NCBI GenBank assembly: GCA_017548925.1
Contig: JAFYYX010000001.1
Span: 959,767 to 1,023,766, forward strand
Source of the DNA: Bacilli bacterium
Lineage (GTDB): Bacteria; Bacillota_I; Bacilli_A; RF39; UBA660
DNA length: 64,000 nt
Reading direction: 5' to 3'
Below the pieces are notes generated by a model. It was given only the letters and a program-made list of their open reading frames with translations. It made no database searches and was not told where the DNA came from. Below, piece after piece: positions 61,698 through 64,000 of the stretch. The stretch's first letter is position 1. Each line of letters begins with the position of its first letter. Both the position numbers and the translations under genes were made by a program.

Positions 61698-63725
61698 TTA
61701 ATTCCCACTTTCTATTCTATTTAAAACATTAGATCCATCTTTTTTAATTAAATTATGAACAATGATGCCATTACTTACATCAAGAATTCTTTCAGCTTCA
61801 TCAGTTCTTTCCTTGATGTAATTTTCATCGAGAACAATACCTGGTTTTAAGGCCTTATATTTACCTTTTACATTATTATAATAAACCTTATTAGTAACAA
61901 AATTACCATTAGGGAAAACAACAGTATTATTATTCTTAATGCTAAATATATCATGACCCATTGCAAATGGATTACTAAAACCAAACATATTACCAATAGT
62001 AGGCATTACATCATACATGCCCATTGTATACGATACTTTTTTATTAATACTTTCTCTGATATTTTTATTTTTTGACCAAATAATAAGCGGTGTTTTCTTA
62101 CTTAGTTCATGATCAAAATTATCATAAGCTTTATATCTTTGATCATTTTTGTCATATAAATTACCTGTTTCTGGATTATAGTTTATTAAATAATTCATTT
62201 CACTTTTTGATAATCTAGATTCATGATCACCATAAAATACAAAAATAGTATCATTAAATAAATCAGATTCATTAATATAATCAATAAATTCACCAAGTGC
62301 AACATCAGCACTATGAGCTGAAGTAATATAGTTTCCTGCAGCAGTACCACTTAAATAATTAGTTGTTACTTTATTTCCTTTACTATTTGTATAAGTATAT
62401 GATAAATCATATGGTAAATACTTATCTGTATAAGTAAATGGAGAGTGATTAGATAAAGTAATTATAGTTCCCATATAAGGAGAATTTTCATTTTCTATAT
62501 TTTCTAGTATAGGCATTGCTTGTTCAAAGAAAAGTGAATCGTTAATACCTAAGTTAATAACATCATCATCAGTATATTTAAATGATTCTTCAAAATACAT
62601 TTTTTGATATCCAAGTTTAGGATGAACTTTAGATCTATTCCACATAGATGCATGGTTTCCATGCATACTAAATGTAGTATATCCAAGATCTTTTAAATAC
62701 TTAGGAATAGTATTATAAGTACGATTATAATAACTTACAAATACTGTACCTGATGCAGCAGGCATTAAACTTGTAAGTAAAGTAAATTCTGTATCAGAAG
62801 ATGTACCTGTTGATATTTGTGGATAGAAGTTTTCAAAGAACATACCTTCACTAGCAAGTTTATTAACAGTTGGTAGAACTTCTTCTCCATTAAATTTATA
62901 ATCCATTAAGAAAGTTTGTATACTTTCCATATGTACAAAAATTACATTTTTTCCTTTAAATATATTAGTATATTCATTTTTTGTATTGTATTTGGTTTCT
63001 CTTTCATTAATGAAATAATTTTCAAAAGCTCTAGCAGCATCTTCGTAACCAAATAAACTACTAAATTTAGGTGTTAGAGTTTGAACTAAATCATTAAACT
63101 GATATAAAATAAATCCAAATCTATCAGCTATATAAACTCTATTCCACTGCTTCGCAATGCGGCTATAATCTGTTCTAGTAGCTGTTCCAAAACTATATGC
63201 TAAACATATAAAAGCAGCTATTAATACACCAAGAACACATTTTTTAGTGTTATTAATCTTTTCTATAAAAGTATAATAGTTTGTTTTTGATATTCTTAAA
63301 TGAGTTAAGTAAAAAATTACCGGAGATAAAACATATACAAAATTAATAATATGAAGTTTTTCAAAAATTGATCCAGCAACAGTTTCAGTTTGACCTAAAG
63401 TTGCTATTTCACTAAATGATGCAAAACTTGTAAAGAATTTATAATATATAACGTTTATAGTTTCAATTAAAGTAAAAATAATAAGCCATGTTAAATAATA
63501 TCTAAATCTATTTTTAGGTTTAAATAAATAACCAAACAAACCTATAAGTAGAATCATTGCTAAATCAGTAACTTGAGCTTTTAAAAAAATAGTATGACCA
63601 AACGAAAAAAATCTTGCAATAATAGTTCCTATAAAAGCAAGAACAACATATGAAACAAATAGTTTATTTGTCATAAAGTAATTAACCATAGATTTTTTTA
63701 CTTTTTTAAAAAAACTTTTCATCAT
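61698..63725 (-). CDS. LTA synthase (LtaS)-family sulfatase-fold phosphoglycerol transferase
   Basis: Five N-terminal TM helices plus an extracellular sulfatase-like domain (VIFVHMESIQTF, ISTGTSSDTEFTLLTS, FSMHGN, FVFYGDH). Confidence 0.75.
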   Translation of the reverse strand: MMKSFFKKVKKSMVNYFMTNKLFVSYVVLAFIGTIIARFFSFGHTIFLKAQVTDLAMILLIGLFGYLFKPKNRFRYYLTWLIIFTLIETINVIYYKFFTSFASFSEIATLGQTETVAGSIFEKLHIINFVYVLSPVIFYLTHLRISKTNYYTFIEKINNTKKCVLGVLIAAFICLAYSFGTATRTDYSRIAKQWNRVYIADRFGFILYQFNDLVQTLTPKFSSLFGYEDAARAFENYFINERETKYNTKNEYTNIFKGKNVIFVHMESIQTFLMDYKFNGEEVLPTVNKLASEGMFFENFYPQISTGTSSDTEFTLLTSLMPAASGTVFVSYYNRTYNTIPKYLKDLGYTTFSMHGNHASMWNRSKVHPKLGYQKMYFEESFKYTDDDVINLGINDSLFFEQAMPILENIENENSPYMGTIITLSNHSPFTYTDKYLPYDLSYTYTNSKGNKVTTNYLSGTAAGNYITSAHSADVALGEFIDYINESDLFNDTIFVFYGDHESRLSKSEMNYLINYNPETGNLYDKNDQRYKAYDNFDHELSKKTPLIIWSKNKNIRESINKKVSYTMGMYDVMPTIGNMFGFSNPFAMGHDIFSIKNNNTVVFPNGNFVTNKVYYNNVKGKYKALKPGIVLDENYIKERTDEAERILDVSNGIIVHNLIKKDGSNVLNRIESGN

Positions 63726-63815
63726 ATTACCTCATTTAATGCATTATAATTATAACATGATATATTGATAAAATAAACTTGCAAATAACTATTTATTTTG
63801 ATAATATATTTATGC

Positions 63816-63890
63816 GCAGCTGTAGTACAATGGTTAGTATACAACCTTGCCAAGGTCGAGATGGGAGTTCGATTCTCCTCAGCTGCTCCA
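63816..63890 (+). tRNA. tRNA-Gly (anticodon GCC), CCA encoded
   Basis: Hand-folded. Acceptor GCAGCTG/CAGCTGC, D arm GTAC-AATGGTTA-GTAT, anticodon arm CAACC-TTGCCAA-GGTCG (one mismatch), T arm GGGAG-TTCGATT-CTCCT, discriminator T, CCA. Confidence 0.85.
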
Positions 63891-63901
63891 TAAAAAAATA
63901 A

Positions 63902-63925
63902 ACGTCGATTAAATCGACGTTTTTC
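63902..63925 (+). terminator. rho-independent terminator after tRNA-Gly
   Basis: ACGTCGAT-TAA-ATCGACGT followed by TTTTT. Confidence 0.75.
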
Positions 63926-64000
63926 TTATGAATTTAAACCAAAATTATAATAATTATCTCTATTTATAAAAATATTGATTATTAAAGCAACAAAAATAGA

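Noticed and set aside
63927-64000. Possible 3' end of a minus-strand gene at the right window edge.
   Set aside because: Only ~70 nt are visible, which is too little sequence to support any call.

Overview
Low-GC (about 28-30% by eye) chromosomal segment from a Gram-positive, Bacillota-like organism using the standard genetic code. Almost every gene is on the minus strand. I saw no transposase, integrase, CRISPR array or rRNA. Housekeeping genes frame the window: leuS behind a Leu T-box, a GH31 hydrolase, a TIGR01212 radical SAM protein, gpmA, pyruvate:ferredoxin oxidoreductase, a cell-envelope cluster (TagO/WecA-like transferase, LCP, LtaS-like, glucosaminidase) and tRNA-Gly(GCC). The main finding is a 14.6-kb tandem array (7072-21652) of nine paralogous genes. 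Each encodes a type IV prepilin-like N-terminus (MKNKKG|FTLVE plus a hydrophobic helix), a small disulfide-capped pilin-like module, and one or two ~270-aa glycine-rich modules. These modules carry the WGAQGG / INVGGxG / GGYNGGG / GGGAT / VAGGGGG ladder typical of the ALK/LTK-type glycine-rich (polyglycine-II) domain family. Each gene has its own near-identical terminator-promoter-RBS cassette, and no pilus assembly genes lie in the window. Other notable items are two adjacent RpoD-like sigma factors with unusual N- and C-terminal (zinc-ribbon-like) extensions, a 2509-aa surface protein with an internal SPKTG sorting-signal-like segment and a C-terminal tyrosine-phosphatase-like domain, a dockerin-bearing glucosaminidase, a CIRCE operator in front of hsp20, a RhuM-Doc/Fic fusion, and several intergenic candidate RNAs (a ~400-nt structured region, a 22-codon hydrophobic ORF, a terminator-containing leader and a small RNA). 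All family assignments come from motif recognition by eye and need HMM or BLAST confirmation. Hand-derived coordinates may be off by 1-3 nt.
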